24,000 nucleotides of DNA from an uncultured Gammaproteobacteria bacterium (GCA_963707015.1 CAVPOO010000009.1:1-24000); one strand, 5' to 3'. Shown: positions 8,743 through 17,412, counted from the first letter of the stretch. Notes: generated by a model from the letters alone, not told the origin. Numbers and translations are program-made.

Positions 8743-11501
8743 TCAGTGATCAATGGAAGAATGGGGGCGGCAAACCAACCGAAAACCGATGAAGCTGCCG
8801 CGGACGCCGGGGTAGTCCCCGCCGCGAGCGGCGGAACGCAGGAGGTCTGGATCGCCTTCCAGGACCCGCCGCGCCAAACGCGTCGGTCGCAATCGCCGCT
8901 GTCTTCCTCCAGCCAGGCGCGCCCATCCTCGGGTGCATCGGTATAGCTTTCGTGCCAGCAGTCCTCGACCCATTCCCAGACATTGCCCGCCATGTCGTGG
9001 AGGCCGAAGTCATTGGGCGGTGTTTTTCCCACCGGCCAAGTGCGACCTCCACTGTTGTCTGAAAACCACGCGTAATTCTCGGCGGCCGCTTCATCGTTGC
9101 CCCAGTACCAAGGTGTCTCGCTTCTGGCACGCGCGGCGTACTCCCATTCGGCCTCGCTCGGCAGACCGCAGGTGAGCCCGTCGGTTGGGTCTGACAGCGC
9201 TTGTGCATAGGCGCGTGCCTCATCCCAACTCACATTGATGACAGGGCGGTCGCCGCGACCCCAGTTCTCGTCCTCTGGCAGGCGTTCACCTTTGCTGAGC
9301 GCATAGGCATCATATTGGGCGAAGGTGACCTCGTGTTTTGAGATGTAGAATTCCTGCAGGCAGACCTCGTGCGGTGGCTCTTCATCCGGGGCACCGCTAC
9401 CTTTCGGCGAGCCCATTTGGAAGCAGTCGGAAGCTTTGTCAGGGGGAAGCTTGACGAGCGTCGGCCTATCCGGCCAATCGACCAAAAGGCGCCAGTGGAC
9501 GATCACTGTGGACCAATCCGCCTCAGCCGTCGTTGCGTCCCCCTGACGGCGTTTCAGCCACAACGCCCCTTCGGCAAGGAACCCGCCCACCAGCAGCACC
9601 AGCGCCAGCAAGAAGACAGTCAAGCGCAGGTTGCGTTTCTTTTGCGACACGCTGGCATCGAGATAGGCCAGGGTCTCGCTATCAGCTCCGGGACGGTGCG
9701 CCGCGAACTTGCGCAGTTCGCGGCCACGGGCCAGCGGGACGGTGTCCGGGTCCTTATGCCAGGCGCTGGCCTGTTGCTCCAGGCGGGTGCGGGTTGCCAG
9801 GAAATCTGTGTGCTCGATCCGCTTCCAGAGCGTCGGCCAGTAGGGTTCGCCTTTGGGATTGGTACGCAAAAGGGTTTCATGGATCAGGTCCACCTGGTCG
9901 TCGTCCCGGTTCTCGGACTCCGCGGGCGAGATCAGCACCAGGCGCACCGGAGCGCTTTCCTGCGCGCTCTCCTCCGGACCCGGGTGCCCGGAAAGTCGTT
10001 CCAGTATGGCCTCGCCGGGCTCACCGCCACCGGCGCTGGCTACCGCCTGGCGCCGGCTGATGCTGCGGCGGGCGTTGACGGTGTTGATGCCCGGCTCCAC
10101 CAGGGCTAGCAGCAGCCGCAGCGCTGGTTCCTTGCTTTGGTCACCGAGCCGTACCAGCAGACTGTCGGCGCTGCTGGCGAGTGCGCCACCCAGGCCGCCG
10201 ACCGTCTTGTAACGGGCGCGCTGCAGCACGCCGTCCGTGCCGGCGTCGTCGCACAGCAGGCGTAACAGGTTACTGACCAGCGGCAGTGCACCCGGCTCGT
10301 TACGGGCTTCGTCGATGATGTCCTCGGACAGTTGATCATCGCTGTACCGCAGGCCGGCCAGTTCCACGCTGCGCAGCACGATATCGCGCAGGCCGGCCTC
10401 GGTCACGGGCAGCAACTCATAATGGGCAGCGTTGTTGCGCCGTGCGTTCAAGCCGGGTGCGGTCTCGAACTGGCCGAGGAAATCGCTGCGCAGGGTGGTG
10501 ACGAGGTACAGGGGAAGATCATGGTTGTCGATCGCCTCGGCCAGGAGCTGATCGAAGCGTTGCCGCTCGGCTACCTTGTCACGGGTCAGGGTGAAAAGCT
10601 CCTCCAGCTGGTCCACGACCAGCAGCGGGAGCTGTTTCCGGCCTGCCGGCACGCATTCGGCGAACAGATGGGCGAGGCGAAAGTCCGTGTCACGCAGGCG
10701 CTGTTCGATACGCTCCGTCGGTTGCTTGCAGGCTCTGGCCAGGACCGCTGCCAGAGCGAAGAGGGGCGAGCGGCCGGGACGCATGACGCCCAACACCCGC
10801 AGACTTACATCAGTCGCCCCGAGATCGAGCCAGCCATTTTCGAGCGCCGGGATCAAACCGGCCCGGAGCAGGGATGACTTGCCCACACCGCTGTTGCCCT
10901 CGATGCGCAGCCAGCGAATCCGCCCGCCGTCGGCCTGCCGCTGGCTGAACTTGTCCAGCGCCGCGAGCAGATCGGTATGGCGACCGAAGAAAAAGGCCTG
11001 GTGCTCGCGCTCGAACGGTGCAAGACCGGGGAACGGACAGCGCCCCAGCTCGGGTGGCAGTTGCGGCTTACGGTATTCGCGGAACAGATCGGTGCGCAGC
11101 GCCGTGGCCAGCGAGGCGATCTGTGCGGCGTCTCGCGCGTCCTCGAGGCGATGGAACTGGAACAGGCTCAGGAAGGGCGGAACCCGATCATCGGGCGTAT
11201 CGTCCAGCAACACCGGGACGATCGGCAGGCGTGCCCTGGCGCTGCGGCTGAAGTGCCGCGACAAGGCTACACCGACTTCCGCCTGTATCCAGCCCGACAC
11301 GCCCTGCTGGCCGATCAGGACCAGGAAGGCCGCGCAATCTTTCAACTTGGCCTGCAGGACATCCTGCCACTGCGGCCCCAGCGGGATGTCGGCATCCCAC
11401 CACACGGTAAGGCCCGCGCCCTGCAGCGACTCGACAATGGCAGCCGTTGTGCCCTTATCGGCGTGGGCGTAGCTGACGAAGATGCTCGGTGGGGCCGACA
11501 T
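8743..11501 (-). CDS. DGR target 2: TIR domain + P-loop STAND NTPase + single transmembrane helix + FGE-sulfatase/C-type-lectin-fold domain carrying VR2 (frameshifted within VR2)
   Basis: The TIR domain reads IFVSYAHADK...WWDADIPLG...AAFLVLIG. Walker A is EGNSGVGKSS (nt 10875-10898) and Walker B is LLVVDQLEE. The TM helix LRLTVFLLALVLLVGGFLAEGALWL lies at nt 9555-9629. The FGE domain reads FQMGSP...HEVTFAQYDAY...MAGNVWEWVED...RGGSW. After the 1-nt deletion the proper C-terminus [32 protein letters not shown] lies in another frame and ends at 8743. Confidence 0.85.
8761..8876 (-). repeat. DGR variable repeat VR2 (3' end of target 2), with a 1-nt deletion relative to TR
   Basis: By hand alignment, 20 of 29 TR adenines are substituted. 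One base, the C of the first AAC codon, is missing between 8856 and 8857. The IMH-like A-free segment is identical to TR. Confidence 0.9.
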
Positions 11502-12124
11502 GACTGTCCCTGGTGCGAGTTCCTGGTGAATCGGCTTCCCACAGCTTAGCAGGAAAGAAACGATCGCTCATGCATGCATGGAGACGTGGTCTGTATAATT
11601 GTGCGTGGCCGCGAACAGGCTTGCTCACCGGCGCGAGCAAACCCGATCGCTCGCAAGACCAGCGCGTCTGCCCGGCGACTGATCGCGGGCATCACCGGCT
11701 GTCGGGAGCTGGAGTAAACAGGGAAAAAGGGAGACACCCATTAGCCGTCTCCGGTCAAGTAGCCAAACGAGCCCCTGATGCAGGACATCATTTGATGAAT
11801 ATGACAGTCACCTGATGACGCACCTGGGTTTTCAGTCGTTGTGCTGCCTTCCAGTTGAAGCGCACCAGTCACCCATCAGGATCTAGGCATGGCGATGTTC
11901 TGCCTGCCCCAAGCGGCCAAGCCGCTCCAGAAAAACCACAGTGCCCACGCATGGCCAAGACGTTTGTTCAGAGCCAGGGCTACCCTTAACGGGGTGCCAA
12001 CCTCAATCAGGCTCATGCGTCGGGCGCTTCAGATAAACTGTCAAATGTGTGCCGTGACGGCAACAATCAGAGAAGCCAGGATTTTCACCATTCCCCTATT
12101 CCGTTGTCCGTCACGGCAAACCCG

Positions 12125-13138
12125 TTAGCCGAAGGCGCGTGTCACGTCGAACGCCTCCTGTCGCTTGAGCATGTGGTAGCAGGCCCGAGCCAGCTTGTTG
12201 GCGACCGCCTTCTTGGCAACCAGAATGTGGCTTTTTGCCTGCTTACGCTGGTAGTAACGTTTGATCTGTGGACTCCAGATGGCGCCATAATGCGCAGCCT
12301 CCATAAAGGCCCAGGCCAGGTATTTGTTGCCGTTCTTCTTGTTGCCCTGGCCCTTGTACTTGCCGTTGCTAAGTTTCTCGGATTTCACACAACGGGCATA
12401 GGAGGTATAGTGGCCGGGACTGGCAAAGCGTTGGATCGTGCCGGTCTCCAGGGCGATGGTGGATCCCAGGGCGGGGCCCACGCCCGGGATGCTTTGCAGC
12501 AAGCGGTAGCCCTCGCGTGGCGTGAGCTGTTTCTGGAGTTCACGCTCAATCTGGGTAATCGCCTCATCCAGCCAACGCCGGGCCTGGTGCGTAATCTGGC
12601 CACCCAGCAAAATAGGCGCTTCCAGGTAAGTCGCCAGCTGATCGCTCTCGAGCTTTTTGAGCGCATTGGCGCTCAGTCGCACGCCGCTATGGCGCGCAAT
12701 CAAACTTTGCAGGCTCATGTGATGCAGGGTCTTCTGCCTCACCAGCAGCAAACGTCGACGCAGCAAGTCACGCAGTGCACGTTCTTCCTTTGGATAGATA
12801 TACCCGGTCGGCAGAATGCCCAGTCGCAACAGATGGGCTAACTGCCGTGCATCCGAGAAGTCGTTGCTATACTTCAGTCCCGCATACTGGGGCATCGCGC
12901 CCGTATGCGCTAAGTGCACCTGGAAACCGGCGTCCATCAGCCCATCCACCAGCCAATACCAGTTATACGTGGACTCCACCACACACCCCGCCAACTCCGC
13001 CTGATACGTTCGCAACACGCCAATAATTATCGCCAGATCATTGGGTAACCGCTTCTCGTAGATCGTATTATCGTTCTCATCCAATATCGCAACCACGCTA
13101 TTATTGGAATGTAAGTCGATTCCGCAATACAGTGTCAT
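12125..13138 (-). CDS. IS110-family transposase (DEDD recombinase)
   Basis: The product runs from MTLYCGIDLHSNN at the N-terminus to ...LQSIPGVGPALGSTIALETG...RFASPGHYTSYARC...GNKYLAWAF..., the typical IS110/IS1111 family layout. The ORF is an intact 337 aa with an AAGGAG RBS. Confidence 0.9.
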   Translation of the reverse strand: MTLYCGIDLHSNNSVVAILDENDNTIYEKRLPNDLAIIIGVLRTYQAELAGCVVESTYNWYWLVDGLMDAGFQVHLAHTGAMPQYAGLKYSNDFSDARQLAHLLRLGILPTGYIYPKEERALRDLLRRRLLLVRQKTLHHMSLQSLIARHSGVRLSANALKKLESDQLATYLEAPILLGGQITHQARRWLDEAITQIERELQKQLTPREGYRLLQSIPGVGPALGSTIALETGTIQRFASPGHYTSYARCVKSEKLSNGKYKGQGNKKNGNKYLAWAFMEAAHYGAIWSPQIKRYYQRKQAKSHILVAKKAVANKLARACYHMLKRQEAFDVTRAFG

Positions 13139-13141
13139 TGT

Positions 13142-13206
13142 CGTCTCCTTTATCGGTGGTTCGTTTTGGTTTGCACTTCAACGAATACCACCTGATCTAG
13201 GAGACG
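13142..13206 (-). promoter_or_regulatory. Structured leader upstream of the IS110 transposase that pairs with the RBS
   Basis: CGTCTCCT (13142-13149) pairs with AGGAGACG (13199-13206), and GGTGGT (13155-13160) pairs with ACCACC (13187-13192). On the minus strand the AAGGAG RBS lies inside the outer stem. Confidence 0.35.
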
Positions 13207-13259
13207 GCTAGAGGATTATCAGAGGGGAATGGCCTTACTTGGGCGGCTCCCTAATCAAT

Positions 13260-13388
13260 GTAGGGTGGGTTAGGCACGCCGTTTGTGCCGTAACCCACCG
13301 GATGTGCCGGCAGGCACTCATTAAAAAATGCGTTGTGTTGCTCTGCAACGCCTGGTGGGTTACGCAAAAAGCGCCAACTCGCCCTTAC
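13260..13388. repeat. REP/MITE-like ~129-bp element, copy a
   Basis: The sequence is GTAGGGTGGGTTAGGCACGCC...GCCGTAACCCACCGG...CGCCTGGTGGGTTACGCAAAAAGCGCCAACTCGCCCTTAC. It is near-identical to 18971-19099 and its ends are inverted (GTAGGGTGGGTTAG / CTAACCCACCCTAC-like). Confidence 0.8.
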
Positions 13389-13490
13389 ACTTCGACTGAA
13401 GTGAGAAAATAAAAATGGATACCAGCGAGTAGTTCTGTTGCCCGATGGAGAAACCATCCAGAACCCCTTCTCTGGTAGACGGTTCAAACG

Positions 13491-13823
13491 ATGAAGGTGA
13501 AGTACTTCGAAGACACCGATACGCCGTACATTGAGCTCCGTGATCGTGACATTGCCGAATCGAAGGATGAGGAGCCGCTTGAGATGTTTCGGGACCTGAA
13601 GCAGAAGTACGGCGAATGGGTTCTCGACGTGCTCGAATATGACTGGGCGGACAATCTGCTGAAGGTGTTGGACGAGGCAGTCGTCAGGCGTGCTCTTGAG
13701 CAGGGTCAAGAGCGTCTGCTCAGGAAGGCTGAGGGGATACGGAAACGCTGCAGATCGATGCCGCATAGCGGCGAGGCCTCGTTCCTGTCATTAGCATGCG
13801 CGTCCTGGCAATGTACGGAATGA
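13491..13823 (+). CDS. Small hypothetical protein with a DUF2283-like N-terminus (possibly a remnant)
   Basis: MKVKYFEDTDTPYIELRDRDIAESKDEE resembles the DUF2283 start MK..YD.E.D.LYI.L. The remainder is unrecognisable and no clear RBS is present. Confidence 0.3.
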   Translation: MKVKYFEDTDTPYIELRDRDIAESKDEEPLEMFRDLKQKYGEWVLDVLEYDWADNLLKVLDEAVVRRALEQGQERLLRKAEGIRKRCRSMPHSGEASFLSLACASWQCTE

Positions 13824-14337
13824 CTTCGGTCTTCGCTGTTGGCAGCCGAGAATGCACGAGTGTGGGATGGCAAGGCCGTGTTTGCAGTCAGCGAGGCAAG
13901 CGGAAAGGTGTGGAAGCGTCGGTGGCTGGAGCGGCAGGTCGGTGCTCGTGTGCGGGCTGGTCAGTCGAGGCATGGCCGCATGATTAGCTAAGTAATTGCC
14001 CGTATAGATTTTCAGACAAACGTGGTCTAAATATTTCGGACTAATCACAGTCATTTTAGACCAGAACAAATAAGGAGTTGTTGTCCTGAGAGGGAGCTCA
14101 GAATGGTCAACCTGACACCTGTCTCCCGAGTAATACGGTACAGCTTCTTCCGTGCAAGCGATCAGCGGTCTCACAGTGGCATCGGGACTGTATCCGATGT
14201 CTGAGACGGCTGGTGCATGGCCCTGCGGTTAGCGGTTTCTTGTTCGACCTTACCGGAAGTTCGCTTTTAGATTGTCCTTTGCAAACTGCCACCCATGCGA
14301 CGCGACGAGACTGGTATGGGCCTGAACAGTCTGAAAG

Positions 14338-14544
14338 TGCGGCCTGTTTTTGCGGAAGATCGTTGGCTGGGCGCTGGAAAGTCATATGCCGGAGAGTCTG
14401 ATTCTGGAGGCGCTCGGCATGGCCGTTTCACGCTGGGAGATAAAGCGCGGCACCTTGATCCATTCAGACAGAGGCGCACAGTATCGTGGTAACGAGTTGC
14501 GAGATAGATACGAACTATGTGGGGTCTATTCATTTGCCCTCTAA
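14338..14544 (+). pseudogene. IS3-family transposase (OrfB integrase core) remnant
   Basis: FLRKIVGWALESHMPESLILEALGMAVSRWEIKRGTLIHSDRGAQY matches the IS3 OrfB region around the second catalytic D. It is truncated on both sides. Confidence 0.6.
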
Positions 14545-14871
14545 CCTTGGCCGCTGTGCACCCGCAGCCTGCGTCGCAACAGCTGTACGAAACGAGGTGT
14601 GTGTATCTTATCGGGGGAGGATCACTTGGGGGGTGAACCATGCCAAGTAGCAAAGGCAGAGCGGATGCCAACCCGCGGACGGCCGCCACGCCAGGCAAGG
14701 CGGCGGGCGACCCGCCGGTACTGTACGTCCACGGCACAGGCGACCAGCCGCCACGCGATGTTCGGAAGACCGTAGTCACGCGGTATAGCGCAACCGCGGG
14801 GACAAGCCGTTGGCGGTGCCAGCCCAGACTGGATTTTATGATGAAGTCAACTCAATCAAAGGAGAGATTAC

Positions 14872-16329
14872 ATGGCTAACAATCATCACGGCATGCTTCC
14901 CTTCAAGGGACTCGGACACTTATGCACAGTGAGTCCGTTTCGCGCGGGTCGTTTTGCCCGTCTGTTTCCAGACTTACCCCCGTTGTATATCGATCCACTG
15001 ATCCTGCATGAGCTCGGTAAGGCGGGCGGTAAAATGGAGGACAAAGGCGCGCCCAATCTCACCAACAACACGCCCACGGGTATGGTCTTCTTTGGGCAAT
15101 TCATCGACCATGACATTACGCTCGACGATAGTTCATCGCTAACAGCCTCCAATGATCCGGCGAGCACAGAAAATGTGCGCACACCGACCCTCGACCTTGA
15201 TTGTGTATATGGCGATGGTCCGGGGGCGCATCCCTACCTTTATGATGGCGCTGGAAAGCTGTTAACCGGCAACGACTACCCGGCGTCACTTATTCCGAAC
15301 TGGCAAAATCAGGATGACCTGCCGAGAACGCCAAAAGGTACAGCGATCATAGGTGACCCGCGCAACGACGAAAACCGCGTTATCTCGCAGCTGCAACTCG
15401 GGGTCTTGCGGTTTCACAATACAGTCGTGGACTTGCTATCTGCAAAGCCAAACCCTCCCTCCGGCTCACAGCTCTTCGAGGAAGCCCGTCAGATCGTAAC
15501 CTGGCATTATCAATGGATTGTGGTAAACGATTTTCTGCGGACGATGTGCGGAAACTGGGTTGTTGACGATATCTTCGCGAATGGCAGAAAGGTATACCGA
15601 CCCGAGTGCATGGGAATCAACGAACCCTTTATTCCCATCGAGTTTGCCACAGCGGTCTATCGCTTCGGCCATACGATGGTTCCTCAGAAATTCAGCGTGA
15701 AGCCAGGCCAGCCAAAACATGACGTATTCGGCTCGACGCTGGGAATCGGATTCAAGCCCGTAACCAGCAGTGACGAGGTTGTGGACTGGGCGGCGCTGCT
15801 GGATAGCGGTAATGGCCAATACGAGCGGGCCGGCAGAATGGACGTGAAACTGGCCAAGCTGCTTCTCGATCTGCCTTTCATGCCCCCGACGGTCCCGGCA
15901 TTTGAACGGTCTCTCGCAGTACGCAACCTGCTCAGGGCACAAAGCTTCCTGATTCCTTCCGGCGAGCAGATTGCGTCCGCCATGATGGCTGCTGGTGCGG
16001 ACGAGATTACTTCGGAGATGATCTCAACAGTTCGTGACGCCGGTGCAAAACTGGGCCTGCCCAAGGCAACCCCGCTATGGCTTTATATCCTTGCTGAAGG
16101 CAAAGCCGTTGGACGCATGGATGAAACCGCACAAGGTCAAAAGAAATTTGCCAAAGGCGAAGGGTTGGGACCGGTCGGCGCGCGTTTTGTAGCAGAGGTC
16201 ATCATCGGGCTTCTCGAACTTGATACGCGCTCTTTCATGGGTTCCAATCGCAATTGGTCGCCGGCCGATGAAGCGGATCTGTTCGGAGGAACCAGCGTAA
16301 CCACGCTCTATCAGCTTCTGACGGCATAA
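14872..16329 (+). CDS. Heme peroxidase (animal-type peroxidase/cyclooxygenase superfamily)
   Basis: Motifs are FFGQFIDHDIT, GDPRNDENRVISQLQL..FHN and AVYRFGHTMV. An AAGGAGAG RBS is present. Confidence 0.85.
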   Translation: MANNHHGMLPFKGLGHLCTVSPFRAGRFARLFPDLPPLYIDPLILHELGKAGGKMEDKGAPNLTNNTPTGMVFFGQFIDHDITLDDSSSLTASNDPASTENVRTPTLDLDCVYGDGPGAHPYLYDGAGKLLTGNDYPASLIPNWQNQDDLPRTPKGTAIIGDPRNDENRVISQLQLGVLRFHNTVVDLLSAKPNPPSGSQLFEEARQIVTWHYQWIVVNDFLRTMCGNWVVDDIFANGRKVYRPECMGINEPFIPIEFATAVYRFGHTMVPQKFSVKPGQPKHDVFGSTLGIGFKPVTSSDEVVDWAALLDSGNGQYERAGRMDVKLAKLLLDLPFMPPTVPAFERSLAVRNLLRAQSFLIPSGEQIASAMMAAGADEITSEMISTVRDAGAKLGLPKATPLWLYILAEGKAVGRMDETAQGQKKFAKGEGLGPVGARFVAEVIIGLLELDTRSFMGSNRNWSPADEADLFGGTSVTTLYQLLTA

Positions 16330-16358
16330 CGCGGCTAACCGCCCAACCAGGCGCTCAA

Positions 16359-16389
16359 CCGGACCTGCGTAAAAGCGGCGCAGGTCCGG
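16359..16389 (+). terminator. 11-bp perfect stem-loop downstream of the peroxidase gene (no U tract)
   Basis: The hairpin is CCGGACCTGCG-(9 nt)-CGCAGGTCCGG. Confidence 0.35.
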
Positions 16390-16513
16390 TCAGCGCCAAG
16401 TTGCGCGGCGCCGAGCCGTACGTGCGCGCGCTATGCTGACAAGGAGGGACGACACGTTTTTTCTGCGGGGACCGGCAAAAGGGAGCGGAGGGAATAGCGA
16501 GGGAAATCAAGCC

Positions 16514-17299
16514 ATGGTTTACCAGACGCCCGGTGTATACATACAGGAGATTTCTGCTTCTCCAGCTTCGGTCGTAGAGGTCGAAACGGCGATTCCCGCC
16601 TTTATCGGTTATACCGAAAAGGCGGAGGAGAATGGGGAGGATCTGACTAACAAACCCAAACGTATCAAGACCCTGGTCGAGTTCGAACAGTTGTTCGGTG
16701 GCCCGGCCCGCCCGAAGACACTCAGGGTGCGGCTCGATGCCGCCAACAGGCCTGACAGGGTGACCGTCGAGCATCACTACGTCTGGAAGGCACCGGCAAA
16801 TATAAGCCTGAATTCGGTCATCTCCCCGACGGTACCCATCAGTGATGCGGACCAACAGAGCCTCAACGTGGATGTGAATGCGGGAAAGTCCATCAACGCG
16901 ATACGCACCATTCCTGGCCGCGGTACGCTCATCTGGGGTGCGCGGACCCTGGCGGGTAACGACAACGAGTGGCGTTATGTCGCGGTGAGGCGTTTCTTCA
17001 ACATGGTGGAAGCGTCTGTCAAGAAATCCACCGCCTGGGTGGTGTTTGAGCCCAACGCGGCACCGCTCTGGACCAAGGTCAAGCACATGATTGAGAACTA
17101 CCTGATCCAGAAATGGCGCGAGGGTGCTCTGATGGGTGCCAAGGCGGAGCATGCCTTCTTCGTGAACATCGGTCTGGGTCAGACCATGACCGCCCAGGAT
17201 ATTGCTGAGGGGCGGATGATAGTGGAGATCGGCATGGCCGCGGTGCGACCGGCCGAATTCATCATCCTGAAGCTCATACACAAGATGCAGAAGTCCTGA
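16514..17299 (+). CDS. Contractile tail sheath family protein, unusually short (261 aa), without neighbouring tail genes
   Basis: The N-terminus MVYQTPGVYIQEISASPASVVEVETAIPAFIGYTEKA and the C-terminus RGTLIWGARTLAGNDNEWRYVAVRRFFNMVEASV...RMIVEIGMAAVRPAEFIILKL are typical sheath N- and C-terminal motifs. Confidence 0.75.
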   Translation: MVYQTPGVYIQEISASPASVVEVETAIPAFIGYTEKAEENGEDLTNKPKRIKTLVEFEQLFGGPARPKTLRVRLDAANRPDRVTVEHHYVWKAPANISLNSVISPTVPISDADQQSLNVDVNAGKSINAIRTIPGRGTLIWGARTLAGNDNEWRYVAVRRFFNMVEASVKKSTAWVVFEPNAAPLWTKVKHMIENYLIQKWREGALMGAKAEHAFFVNIGLGQTMTAQDIAEGRMIVEIGMAAVRPAEFIILKLIHKMQKS

Positions 17300-17357
17300 C
17301 CGGCAGAGTACGAGGGGCAGTGGGAAGCCGCCTGCTGGCGAAGGGATCACAGGGCAC

Positions 17358-17388
17358 TTATGAATAACGTGAGAAGCATCGGGCATAA
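17358..17388 (+). repeat. 31-nt copy of the start of the psiE-like gene (direct repeat of 22517-22547)
   Basis: TTATGAATAACGTGAGAAGCATCGGGCATAA compares with TTATGAATAACGTGAGAAGCATCGGACATAA, a single mismatch. Confidence 0.8.
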
Positions 17389-17412
17389 TAGTCCCTCCGT
17401 CTCCTTTTCACG

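Noticed and set aside
9369-11549. Long plus-strand ORFs (9369..10109, 9533..10060, 10332..10877, 10576..11472, 10977..11549) opposite target 2
   Set aside because: These are high-GC antisense shadow ORFs, Arg/Ala/Pro/Ser-rich with no motifs. The same reasoning applies to 745..1470, 2091..2720, 2437..3129, 12047..12841, 16355..17386, 17727..18185, 18414..18929, 19472..20056, 21348..21752, 21845..22474 and 22893..23483.
11588-11600. TATAAT hexamer (GTCTGTATAATTG) in the intergenic region upstream of target 2
   Set aside because: It is on the plus strand, pointing away from target 2. There is no convincing -35 box and no downstream plus-strand gene.
14640-14879. 79-aa ORF containing PVLYVHGTGDQPP, reminiscent of an alpha/beta hydrolase start
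   Set aside because: The resemblance covers only about 12 residues and the rest is low-complexity. It may be a gene fragment but cannot be supported.
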